Shown here in pieces: positions 40,549-52,749 of a stretch of 64,000 nucleotides of DNA. The position numbers were made by a program, and so were the translations under genes. Source of the stretch: Eledone cirrhosa. Its lineage: Eukaryota. Positions within the stretch are counted from its first letter, which is position 1, and each line of letters starts with the position of its first letter. The notes under the pieces are model-generated. The model worked only from the letters and a program-made list of their open reading frames with translations, was not told the origin of the DNA and ran no database searches. Location: assembly GCA_964016885.1 (NCBI GenBank), contig OZ024742.1, positions 355,880,001-355,944,000 on the forward strand, in the 5' to 3' direction.

Positions 40549-41532
40549 CATCAAGCGCAGCAACCTAAGATTCTTCGCAGATGATTCCAAGTTTCAAAGG
40601 GTCATCAATGAGGTGGGTGACTGGACTTGCCTTCAGTCAGACCTACTGGCTTTTATCCAATGGGCAGAAAAGAATATGTTGTTGAATGAGGATAAAATTG
40701 AATTAATCCACTTTGGAAAAAGGATGCCCTGAAACTGCCATACTCTCTTCGTTCAGGTGAAACTCTAGTGGCATCCAACAACATCAGAGACCTGGGAGTA
40801 ATTGTGGAGAACAACAGAAGCTGGGCCACTCATATAAACAGCAAAGTTGACATGTCCCGCAGAATGTTTTCCTGGATTCTCAGAACCTTCCAGTCGAGAG
40901 ATATCCACACTGTTATCCTTCTCTTCTCCACTTTTGCTCGACTCCACCTTTAATACTGTTGTCCACTGTGGTCTCCCCACACGAAACAAAGTATTATGAA
41001 AGTTGAAGCACCCTAAAGATCAATTACAAAAAAGATAAATGGCATGACAGGCCTTGACTATTCGAGTTGATTGGAAAAGCTCAAACTTTATTCTTTCCAA
41101 CGTCGCCGTGAGCGCTACATTATCTACATGATGTGGAAAATATTCAATCAGGTTTGTCCAAATGATGTTGGCATCAACTTTAATGTACACCCAAGGATTG
41201 AGCCCCGTGCTATCCGCACACGACACAAGTCTCACTCTTATCTCATAACAACAATACGACACAATTATTTCCCCTCAATTGGCCCTGCTCTCTTTAACAT
41301 TACAACAAAAGACATCAAAACAGAAACAGACCCCATCAAATTCAAGAATTCTTTGGACCAATTCCTTAAAGAAATCCCGGATAAACTTCCTACACCCGGA
41401 TTTGCCTCCGTAAACAATAACTCTCTGCTCGAATGGGCCATGGTTCCCAAACCCTGATTTACAAGACTTCGCCAAGTAGTGCTATGAGGTTAGACATGGC
41501 CTGGGCCAATACTGGGCAAAACCTATCAAAGT
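40549..41532 (+). mobile_element. 5'-truncated CR1-group LINE
   Basis: FFADDSK, LQSDL, IRDLGVI, YCCPLWSP, LKLYSFQRRRERY and GPALFN...IPD motifs. Confidence 0.9.
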
Positions 41533-41567
41533 TATATATATACATACATATATCCATACATATATAT

Positions 41568-42186
41568 GGTATCTGCCAACTCATTTTCGAGTATGGCCTC
41601 TACGTTATGTCCATGTAGGAGAACCCCTACCGATGCGCTGAACGAGTGTCACATTTTAGTCAATTTTAGACCATCAGCGACATGTGACAATTATTGACAC
41701 ATAGTACCATGTGACGACAAGTGCAGAGAGATCTCCAGATATAAAGCAATGCCTGTGCCGTGAAGCTTTTATAGTGAGCAAAGGCACTGCAGAAAGCCAG
41801 TCCCACTCCCTTAACCAAGATGATATTTACCAAAAAGAAAAACAAATCAACATCATTGGATACCATCAGGGTTGCAGTGTTATATCAGAGTTTTCCTTCT
41901 CCTAGAATTTTGCCTTGACAAAGGCTAAGGGGTCATCTCTCCCGGTGATTTTGGATGGACATTGACTTTAAGAGCTCCTTTTCCCTTTGACAGGTTTTGT
42001 TTTTAGTCCTGCAGGATGACCAAAGTCACCCTCCTCACCAAGAAACCTGGGTGGTGTTGCCAGTTTAGTCGCCAACGACACGACCATGAGACAGGTGGTA
42101 CTGGGATACATGTTACCAGTAGCACCAACTGGTGACCTGACATGTATACATACATACATACATACATACATACATACATACATACA

Positions 42187-42219
<33 letters not shown>

Positions 42220-42527
42220 GGTGGTAGATGCCAACTCGTTTGCGAGTCCGGCCACTACTTTATATCCATGTAGGAGAACCCCTACCGTTGCGCTGAACGA
42301 GTGTGACTTTTTAGTCCAGCCAGCGACTTGAAAACACTGGTACAAACACTACACCTGTGACAATTACTGACACATAGTGGTGGGCCCATGGTACCATATG
42401 ACGACAAGTGCAGAGAGATCACCAGATATAAAGCAATGCCTGTGCCGTGAAGCTTTTATAGTAAGCAAAGGCACAGCACAAAGCCAGTCCCACTCTCTTA
42501 ACCAAGATGATATTTACCAAAAAGAAT
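41568..42527 (-). mobile_element. Two head-to-tail RTE-derived SINE-like copies (family A) joined by (TACA)n
   Basis: 41568-42145 (with 5' head) and 42220-42527 (3' half) are reverse complements of 21348-21842. Confidence 0.85.
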
Positions 42528-42542
42528 ATATACATACATATA

Positions 42543-42584
<42 letters not shown>

Positions 42585-42585
42585 C

Positions 42586-42927
42586 AGTTTTTTCCGTTGT
42601 GTTGTAATATAAATATTACACACAGTAGATTATCAGCTCACGTAGAGTTTGCTCGACGGTTCCAGTTGTAGTTCCAAAAGTAATCCGGAGAAAAATAGAA
42701 AGATTTGAATGGATACAGTTTAGTTGAAAGGAATTTATTGACACGTGTTTCTATAACAGTTACATAACCTAAAACAGCTATCTGATGAAATGACAGTAAA
42801 CAATAACATTGAAATATTGAATGTCTGCATAACTAAAAGTTTGTAGATAGCTGTTTTAGGTTATGTAACTGTTATAGAAACACGTGTCAATAAATTCCTT
42901 TCAACTAAACTGTATCCATTCAAATCT

Positions 42928-42933
<6 letters not shown>
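42586..42933. mobile_element. Inverted pair of PLE terminal repeats, same family as 47686-47840
   Basis: ~42696-42783 is a perfect reverse complement of ~42845-42932. 42782-42933 matches 47686-47837 with one visible difference. Confidence 0.9.
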
Positions 42934-42960
<27 letters not shown>

Positions 42961-42963
<3 letters not shown>

Positions 42964-43258
42964 TCATCATCATCATCATTTTACGTCCGCTTTTCCCTGC
43001 TTGCAAGGGTGAGACGGGAACTAATTCTAGCTTGATTTGTTACAGCTGTATGCCCTTCCTAACACCAACCTCATTTACATTGAGTGCTGCGTGCTTTTTT
43101 GCCGTGGCGCCTACGCGTCCACTTTACAGTGTGGGCTGGGTGCTTGTTTGCCGTGGCACCTCCATGATCACTTTGCAGTCCTATCATCTCATTTCTACAG
43201 CTGAGTAAACTGGAGCAATGTGAAATAAAGTGTCTTGATCAAGGAAACAACACATCAC
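42961..43258 (-). mobile_element. SINE of the 38504 family, 3' part with (GAT)n tail
   Basis: The reverse complement of gatgtgttgtttcc...caagacactttatttcaca...ctcagctgtagaaatgag is present. Confidence 0.8.
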
Positions 43259-43327
43259 ATATAAATACTTATATACATAAACATATATATACACATATAC
43301 ATACATATATACATACATATATATATA

Positions 43328-43937
43328 TGGTGGCTGCCAACTCGTTTTCGAGTACGGCCACTATTTCATATCTATGTAGGAGAACCCTACGATGCGCTTG
43401 ACGAGTGTGACATTTTAGTCCAGCCAGCGACTTGAAAACTATGTTACAAACACTACACTTGTGACAATTATTGACACAGTGCTGGGCCCATCGTACCATG
43501 TGACGACAAGTGGAGAGAGATCTCCAGATATAAAGCAATGTATATACATACATACATACATACATACATATATTCATTCATATGTATACATACATACATA
43601 CATATATACATACATACATACATACATACATACATACATACATACATACATACATACATACATACATACATGGTGGTGGCTGTAACTCGTTTTCGAGTAC
43701 GGCCACAACTTTATATCCATGTAGGAGAACCCCTACCGATTCGCTGAACGAGTGTGACTTTTTAGTCCAGCCAGCGACTTGAAAACTCTGGTAAAAACAC
43801 TACACTTGTGACAATTATTGACACATAGTGCTGGGCCCATTGTACTATGTTATGACAAGTGCAGAGAGATCTCCAGATATAAAGCAATGCCTGTGCAGTG
43901 AAACTTTTATAGTGAGCAAAGGCACTGCACAAAGCCA
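43328..43937 (-). mobile_element. Two further 3' fragments of the family A RTE-derived SINE, separated by (TACA)n
   Basis: 43328-43540 and 43672-43937 match the 3' half of 21348-21842. Confidence 0.85.
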
Positions 43938-43969
43938 CATATACATACATACATACATACATACATACA

Positions 43970-44005
<36 letters not shown>

Positions 44006-44299
44006 TACATACATATATATATACATACATGCATATATGTGTATGTATATACATATATATATATATATATATATACATACACATATATATACATATATGC
44101 ATATAGTTATACATTCATATATACATACATATATACACATATACATACATGTATACATACATACCTACATATATATATCTAAATACATACATATACATAT
44201 ATCTAAATACATATATACATATATATATAAATACATACATACATACATATATATATGAGATTTCTCACGAATGAAACAGTTCTAGTCCTGTAGGGTTTC

Positions 44300-44369
<70 letters not shown>

Positions 44370-44567
44370 ATGTATTTATATATATATGTATATATGTATT
44401 TAGATATATGTATATGTATGTATTTAGATATATATATGTAGGTATGTATGTATGTAGGTATGTAGGTATATATGTATGTATGTAGTCTGCCCACTACTAA
44501 TTTTCATAGAAAAAGCATATAACGATATGTGCTTTTACGATTCTCTAGAAAGGCCGGAAGATAGGTA

Positions 44568-44612
44568 AATATTGCTGATGAGATGTAACAACATCGAAAC
44601 TAGTCCAATATT
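44568..44612 (+). ncRNA. Minimal type I hammerhead ribozyme, copy 1 (predicted cleavage after C44605)
   Basis: aatattg CTGATGA gatgt aaca acatc GAAA ctagtc caatatt: 7-bp stem I, 5-bp stem II, palindromic ACTAGT stem III and a GUC site. Confidence 0.93.
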
Positions 44613-45033
44613 CCTTGTCTGGCTTTCTGGAGAATAGAGGAAAGGTGTTTCCTCAAAAATCAGTATGACTCTAAAAACCGGTTTGTCTGTGTGTTTACAT
44701 ACAGAATAGCTGGACACTCACAGTAAAGTGACCAGTGAAAAACTCGGTACATCTACATATGTACACCTGTGTGTATTCATATGCATACTAGTATTTCAGT
44801 ATACATATGTGGATGTACATTTTTAACTTAATTGTTTAAGCGTCAGTCATACAAAAGTGAGTTACAAACGAAACGAAATTTAATTTCGTTTCGTTATTTG
44901 TTTTTATCGTCTCCGTTGAACCGGTACGTACTCACGCTCTATGCAAATTAGTCTGCCCACTACTAATTTTCATAGAAAAAGCATATAACGATATGTGCTT
45001 TTACGATTCTCTAGAAAGGCCGGAAGATAGGTA

Positions 45034-45078
45034 AATATTGCTGATGAGATGTAACAACATCGAAACTAGTCCAATATT
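45034..45078 (+). ncRNA. Minimal type I hammerhead ribozyme, copy 2 (predicted cleavage after C45071)
   Basis: Identical to copy 1 and 466 bp downstream. Confidence 0.93.
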
Positions 45079-45299
45079 CCTTGTCTGGCTTTCTGGAGAA
45101 TAGAGGAAAGGTGTTTCCTCAAAAATTAGTATGACTCCAAAAACCGGTTTGTCTGTGTGTTTACATACAGAATAGCTGGACACTCACAGTAAAGTGACCA
45201 GTGAAAAACTCGGTACATCTACATATGTACACGTGTGTGTATTCATATGCATACTAGTATTTCAGTATACATATGTGGATGTACATTTTTAACTTAATT

Positions 45300-45343
<44 letters not shown>

Positions 45344-45508
45344 AAAGGTTAACAAGGACGATTGGTTACTCCTTCATTTCATTTATTGGTAGGTGACGTG
45401 AGTTTCGCCACTGATCAGCTCAAGGTTCGATCTGTAGTGATCTTACACGACTCTATAATCGGCAGCTCCATTGACCTGGGTGAACCTGCGGTAACTCCAA
45501 GTTGCACT

Positions 45509-45567
<59 letters not shown>

Positions 45568-45571
<4 letters not shown>

Positions 45572-46716
45572 AAGTAGTTAACTTCCTGGATGTCACACTC
45601 AATTTAAACTCTGGTTTGATTAAACCGTTTCATAAATTGAATGAAAATCTCAAATACGTAAATGTTGGGTCTAACCACCCCATCTCTATAATTAAATCTA
45701 TCCCTAAAAATATTTCCCTTAGAATCTCGGGTCTATCTTCTAACATACAAGTATTTAAGGAACACGCCGAGTACTACGATAACGCCCTTAGTAAAGCAGG
45801 CTACCTCAACAAAATAGAGTACATAGATGGGAACAATCAAAACACCCAAAATAAATCCCACATAGGTAGATATAATAACACAACACCAAACCACACTTAC
45901 TACCATAGTATGCACACCAGTAAACCAACAAACAAAACTAATAGAAAGCGATGCAAAGAGTACTTATGGTATAACCCCGAATACAATAGCTCCATTAGTA
46001 CAAATTTACCAGTACTCTTCTTTAAAATAATTAAAAGACATTTTCCCACATCACACAAATACCACAAAATCCTAAACCCTACCACTATAAGACTGTCATA
46101 CTCTACAGCGTTAAACCTTGAACAACACATAAAAAAGATCAATACTAGAAGGTTAAACGAAAACACTAAGAACTTAAGTACAAAGAACTCAAAAAAAACA
46201 GTAGACAATACACTACAGAACATAAATAAACCACACCTAAGTTCGTCCGCAATACTACTCCAGAGAAAACCCAACGTACACAACTGTAACTGCACCTATC
46301 CTAACAACTGCCCCCTCGGCAATAACTGCCTGGAAAAAAATATTATTTATAAGTGTACCATTAAATCCGGAGGCAACGAGTGGTATTACGTGGGATCAAC
46401 GGCAACATCGTTTAAATCTCGATTGTATAGGCATTCTTACTCAATAAAACACCAGAGCCAAAGAAATGTAACAACTTTAGCAGAAAAAGCTTGGACGCTC
46501 AGGGATAGCAATCAAAAGTTTACCCTAAAATGGGAAAAATTAGCTAAAACCCAAAGCTTTTCCAGGAGCCAAAATTTCTGCAAATTGTGTAATCTTGAGA
46601 TTTATTACATAATCACACACAAGAAGAAACTGCTGAATAACAGAATTGAACGGACATTATTCTGCCGTCACAGAACTAAAACCCTTTTTTCCCACTACAA
46701 GCCGAATATTACATAA
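45568..46716 (+). CDS. Uninterrupted C-terminal part of a PLE polyprotein (RT thumb plus GIY-YIG endonuclease); no native start
   Basis: VNFLDVTL, YVNVGSNHP, WYNP, CNCTYPNNCPLGNNCL, NIIY...YYVGST..FKSR...H, CKLCNLE and LLN...CRH motifs. Confidence 0.9.
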
Positions 46717-47029
46717 AAGAGGGACATCCCCCAACTATATAAACCTTAATCTAGTTAGAAAAATATAAAAACAATCTCTTCTCAACATATATTAATAACC
46801 TTAAATTACCATACTAATAATGAAAAGATATGCTGATGAGAATAGGTACAGATATGCGATAATGAATGTGTCTAAAAACGTCCATAAGTATGTATATATA
46901 TGTGAAAATGTATATAAATAAGTAAATATATATATATGTTTGATGTGTATAGTTAGATGTAAGTGTATTCATGTATTAAAGTGCTTATATATATATATAT
47001 ATATGTGTGTATGTGTATGTATGTGTATG

Positions 47030-47092
<63 letters not shown>

Positions 47093-47680
47093 GTGTGTAT
47101 ATATATATATATATGTGTATGTATGTATGTGTATATGGATGTGTATGTATGTGTATGTGTGTACACATGGACTAGAGTATGTATGTATATATGTGTGTGT
47201 CTATACGTGTGTATATAAAGATAAGTTGAGTATGAAAATGTATACACATGAGCGCGTATGTATGTACATGAATACATGTGTGTATATATATGTGTATGCA
47301 TGTGTATATATATGTAAGTATGAATATGTGAATTGTGAGTATATGTATTTTGTAGAGGTGTGCAAATATATTTGTGTGTGAATGCGTGGGTGAAAGGATA
47401 CGTACACTTGAAAGAAAAATTTAAGTCTGAATGTTAATTAAGTGCAAACACAAAACCAACCACGCATATCTTTACTATCTCTAATCCTTCTATAGATTTA
47501 GAAAAATAACCAATAATATATTCTATAAAAAATGTCAAAACAACAGATGGGAATCTAATTACTCACTGCCACCAAGAATTCTCACTGCTATCGAAAAACC
47601 ACTCCTTCAACTATTCTTCTAACAACTTCACCCCTCCCTCCTAATATTCTCTATAAAAACTAAATAGGTCCTCAGTAATA

Positions 47681-47797
47681 TTATTCTGATGAAATGACAG
47701 TAAATAATAACATTGAAATATTGAATGTCTGCATAACTAAAAGTTTGTAGATAGCTGTTTTAGGTTATGTAACTGTTATAGAAACACGTGTCAATAA
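47681..47797 (+). ncRNA. Hammerhead ribozyme with an 88-nt stem II domain
   Basis: ttatt CTGATGA a atgacag ... ctgttat a GAAA cacgtg tc aataa. Confidence 0.7.
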
Positions 47798-47831
47798 ATT
47801 CCTTTCAACTAAACTGTATCCATTCAAATCT

Positions 47832-47873
<42 letters not shown>

Positions 47874-47926
47874 CAGGAAAGAAGAGTGATGCGCTTTGGT
47901 ATACAAAAAAGGTTTTTAATCTCATT

Positions 47927-48031
47927 GCTCACAATTGTTTCTCTGAACTGGTAGGTCTATAGATTGCTACCCGTCTGTTTTCGCGTCATTCGATCACTAT
48001 ACATAGTTGTAACCAGGCAATTCATCAGAGC
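47927..48031 (-). ncRNA. Possible second long-stem-II hammerhead (degenerate)
   Basis: Minus strand: gct CTGATGA attgcctggt ... accagttcaga GAAA caattg tg agc. The cleavage position is G, which is non-permissive. Confidence 0.45.
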
Positions 48032-48662
48032 TTGCGAGAATGAAGGGAATATGCAGGCATGGCTTCTATCTATAGTAATGACATTCAATCAGAACAATAA
48101 CAACAATACTAACAATGCTAGCAATAAATTATTTGAAATAATCACAACATCAATCTAAGTAAGCAATATAGTATATTTACGATTTTAGCGTGTAAAACTA
48201 GCTGACATGAGGCAGATGTATGAAATTGACGTGTAAAAGCTGTTATGGGGTGTATTATATATACTGTAGAGATAAGCCGGTGGCTTTAAACAATGTACAA
48301 TTTACTTTACAGTAGGTCTGGTGACCGTAAGAATTATTTATTATCTGACAGATAAAATATTTATCATTGTAGTGAGGATAGTAATATTTGTGGTGTGAAG
48401 TGGATTCAGTATTTATGTGGTCTATATTAGATGAAGGGATTGTTAGTTCGAATCATGGGGTTGTTTAGCTTTCACATCATCAATAACATACATGTATAAG
48501 ATAACATTAACAGAGTGGCAATATAATAGGCTCCGTTAATTTATCTTCATATATATATATATACATATATATATACACACACACATATATATACATACAC
48601 ACACATATATATACATACATACATATATATATATACATACATACACATATATATAGATTCAT

Positions 48663-48793
<131 letters not shown>

Positions 48794-49461
48794 ACTTGAC
48801 GATGAGCATCGTAGTTGTTCAATAAAATGATTGAATAATACAAACGATGTTTTAATATCTAGATTCATTATTTGTGTATATATAATATATACAAAGCTTA
48901 TAAATAAATTTACAGTTTAATAACATAGCAAATATGTTTTAAATATATACATAAAGAAAATTACAAATGCTTAAATAACATTATAAATTGATCGCGATTC
49001 TTTCAGAAGGATATATTCTGTTAATGTTGCAATATTAAAGAAAATATAAGTATATATACATGCATATATTTATTCGACTAAGGAAAGTTGGTTGATTGAA
49101 AATCTGCCGACACATTCATAAGAGATGACAAACACTCAACAGTTTATGTTTATCCGGTTTATTTATTATAATAATAAACAAGAAAGACGGTATCATATGC
49201 CACACACTATTTATTTTATTATGCGTATTTCAAGGCTTATTTCATTTGCATAACATCTGCCCTAGGTGTTCTCATATCAACGGATATCAACGGATATCTC
49301 ATATCAACGGATATTTACATCTTGCATGGATTTTTGTCTGAAGAAAATATGTAGGGCAGATATTATACAAATGTCATATGTCCTCCAAATAAGTATAATA
49401 AAATAAATAAGGATGAACAGTGATACCGTCTTTCTTTTTCCTTATTATATATACACACACA

Positions 49462-49590
<129 letters not shown>

Positions 49591-49641
49591 ATATATATAT
49601 ATATATACATGTATGTATGTATATATATATATATATACATA

Positions 49642-50045
49642 GTAATAATAATTGTTTCTACTTTTTGGCACAAGGCCAACAATTAATCCAGTGTATTACT
49701 GGTACGTTATTTTTATCGACACTACTTTATATCCATGTAGGAGAACCCCTACCGATGCGCTGAACGAGTGTGACTTTTTAGTCCAGCCAACGACTTGAAA
49801 ACTCTGGTACAAACTCTACACTTGTCACAATTATTGACACATAGTGCTGGGCCCATGGTACCATGTGATGACAAGTGCAGAGAGATCTCCAGATATAAAG
49901 CAATGCCTGTGCCGTGAAGCTTTTATAGTGAGCAAAGGCACTGCACAAAGCCAGTGCCACTCTCTTAACCAAGATGATATTTACCAAAAAGAAGAACAAG
50001 TCAACATCATTGGATACCATCAGGGTTGCAGGTGTTATATCAGTA
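49642..50045 (-). mobile_element. Adjacent SINE fragments (Nin/Deu-like tail 49642-49720; family A RTE-derived 49722-50045)
   Basis: Matches 53889-53975 and, as reverse complement, 21510-21805. Confidence 0.8.
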
Positions 50046-50145
50046 TGTATATACATACATACATACATACATACATACATACATACATACATACATACAT
50101 ACATACATACATACATACATACATACGTACATACATACATACATA

Positions 50146-51939
50146 TTAGTTCTTTGTGGACGATATGAAACTCTATGCCAAGAACATGGATGGGTTGAAG
50201 ACAAATCTTGACCTGGTTACAACGTTCTCAAAGGAATGGAGTTTGGCCAGGATAAATGCTCATACAGACTGTAAAGCGGGGAAAAACAGCAACCCAATCT
50301 AGCAACATTGTCATCAATGGTCTAACTGTTTCACCGATATCTGATGAGGACTGCTACAGATACCTGGGGATAGATAAGAACATATCCTATAATGGTATCT
50401 GTAATAAAGAGCGCGTAACCAGGGAAAACTACACCCGATTAAGAAAGATCTGGTCATCGGAGCTCTCTGCGCAAAACAAAACAGTGGCTCACAATGTGTT
50501 TGCTGTGTCTGTCCTAACACCAACGTTTGGAATACTCAATTGGACGATAGATGAAATCCGAGCAGTTGATGTTGGAACTCAAAAAATACTGAGCAACACC
50601 GGAAACTTCCACATCAACAGTGACATAGACCGCCTTTACTTGAAACGTAAGCAGGGAGGCAGAGGCCTAACATCAGTCCAGACAGCATTTGAATGTCGCA
50701 TCATATCTCTCCGACAACATCTACGAACCTCGAAGCGTAGGAGCCCGCTTCTCGAGCAAGTCTATCTGCATGAAACAGATAAGATCATGAGAGTTGGGAA
50801 GGAACTCCTTGAGAGATATTCCCTGTGATAATCAAAGACTCACATCCAGGGATGTCGCTCAGCAGTATCGCAGTGAATCCATGGATGAAAAACTGCATGC
50901 CTATCAGCAAAAAATCATGCATGGATATGTTGCGAGGAAGCTCCAAATTTAGAGTAATATAGATAAGGAAAGTAGTCTATCTTGGACCAACAACCGCTAT
51001 AATATCTCACACTTTGAAGGATACGCTTTTGCAATCCAAGAACAGGAGATTAGCACGAAATACCTTATTCACAAAAGAGATAGGGATGCAGGCAAAACAC
51101 CTAGATGTGATAACAAGTGCAGACTCTGCAGAACTAACATCGAGGATATCACCCCTGTCATCAGCAGCTGCCCAAAGATGTCATCGCGGTACTATCTACC
51201 TATGAGGCATGATGTAGTGGCCAAAACACTGTACAATGCAGTTCGTAAAAAAGATAGCCCCGATAATAAACATATCAAAAGCTACAACAATGTGGAAGAC
51301 ATCCATGTACATATTATTAAAGAGTACTGGTGGAATGTTCCAGTAAAAACCCCAATAAAATGCAGGCATAACAGACCAGATATTATGATATGGGACAGGG
51401 AGAAGAAATCATGCACAGTAGTGGAAATTAGCTGCCCAGCAGATGCCAACATAATATCAAAGATTAGTGAAAAGGAGAATATTTATGCAGAACTGATGAG
51501 AAATTTGCAGATACTCCACCCTGATTACACCTTCAGATTTATGCCTGTGATTATTGGGGCACTGGGATATGTTAGTAACTGCCTCAATACAAATCTTGAG
51601 AAGCTAGGCTTCACAGGAACAGAAAGAACACAACTAGTTAGGAAATTACAAGTACAATCCATTAATGGAACAGTAAAAATATGTAAAACATTCCAAAAAT
51701 GTTGCATTAATAACTGCATATACACATGTACAGATACAAAGCATATACACATGCACACATACAACTCAAAACATACACATCCACACATACAATAACATCC
51801 ATATCTACACATGCATGCATACATACATATCTACCTAGTTGATGTTGTGTAAATTCCAATGAGAAAGTCTTGTGTCTATGTTAGAAACCGACTCTCTCTC
51901 TATTGGTAAAAGTTTGTGAAATTATAAAACCAGAAGAAC

Positions 51940-51940
<1 letters not shown>
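50146..51940 (+). mobile_element. 5'-truncated R4/Dong-clade element (second family) embedded in (CATA)n
   Basis: FVDDMKLY, YRYLGI, DIDRLYLKRKQGGRGL, AIQEQEI, CRLC....EDI..VISSC, RHDVV and HNRPDIMIWD...VEISCP motifs. Confidence 0.93.
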
Positions 51941-52207
<267 letters not shown>

Positions 52208-52749
52208 GAAACTTAATTATTCGTGTAATGCGACTCCTGTAACATAACTCATACCTCAGACTGAAAGTTTTTAATGTCAACACTTTTTAATAATTATTTG
52301 ATATTATTTACCATTTTCTTATCTTTTGTTGTTTCTTCTTTTCTCTTGCGTTTATTGACACTTGCGCTATTCCATGGAGGAAAATAGGCGCTGAACTTTT
52401 CCTTTTGAAAGAATAATGTGATTTGTCACGTGATTTTGCTCACGTGATATTACCTCTATGTATTTTTTCCTTGTAAGTTCGGAAAAATGATAAACTGGAA
52501 TAATTCTAAAATCGGGAAAATTGTTTATATCACTCAAATGATGCTATTGCATTAAGCATCCTTTTAACACTTCCACTATCGATGGAAAATGGTAAGAGTA
52601 GTTTCTCAAAGCTGAAGCTTATAACATTTTACATTCATTCTACAATCTTGCAAGAGAGTTTTGTTGACTTACATTTTAAACGATAATAAAGCGATTATTA
52701 ATCATTGAAAGACTCAAAATAATAATACTATTGAATATTTGTACTTAGT

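Larger units (their letters stand above)
44483..45304 (+). mobile_element. Retrozyme-like direct repeat (466-bp period) carrying two hammerhead ribozymes
   Basis: 44483-44838 repeats at 44949-45304 with 3 differences seen, separated by a 110-bp spacer. No recognisable ORF. Flanked by microsatellites. Confidence 0.8.
45568..47840 (+). mobile_element. 5'-truncated Naiad-like PLE inserted in (TA)n
   Basis: Coding remnant 45568-46716, a 3' UTR with microsatellite, and a terminal repeat with hammerhead at 47681-47797. Confidence 0.88.

Noticed and set aside
42050-42145. HDV-like ribozyme in the head of the RTE-derived SINE
   Set aside because: P2-, P4- and CUAA-like pieces are visible (ccagt/actgg, tcg-ttgg-cga-ctaa), but I could not form P1 and P1.1. 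A descriptor search is needed.
45568-47840. Selenoprotein/SECIS as reported for some Naiad PLEs
   Set aside because: There is no in-frame TGA at the Cys motifs, and I could not build a convincing SECIS fold in the 3' region by eye.
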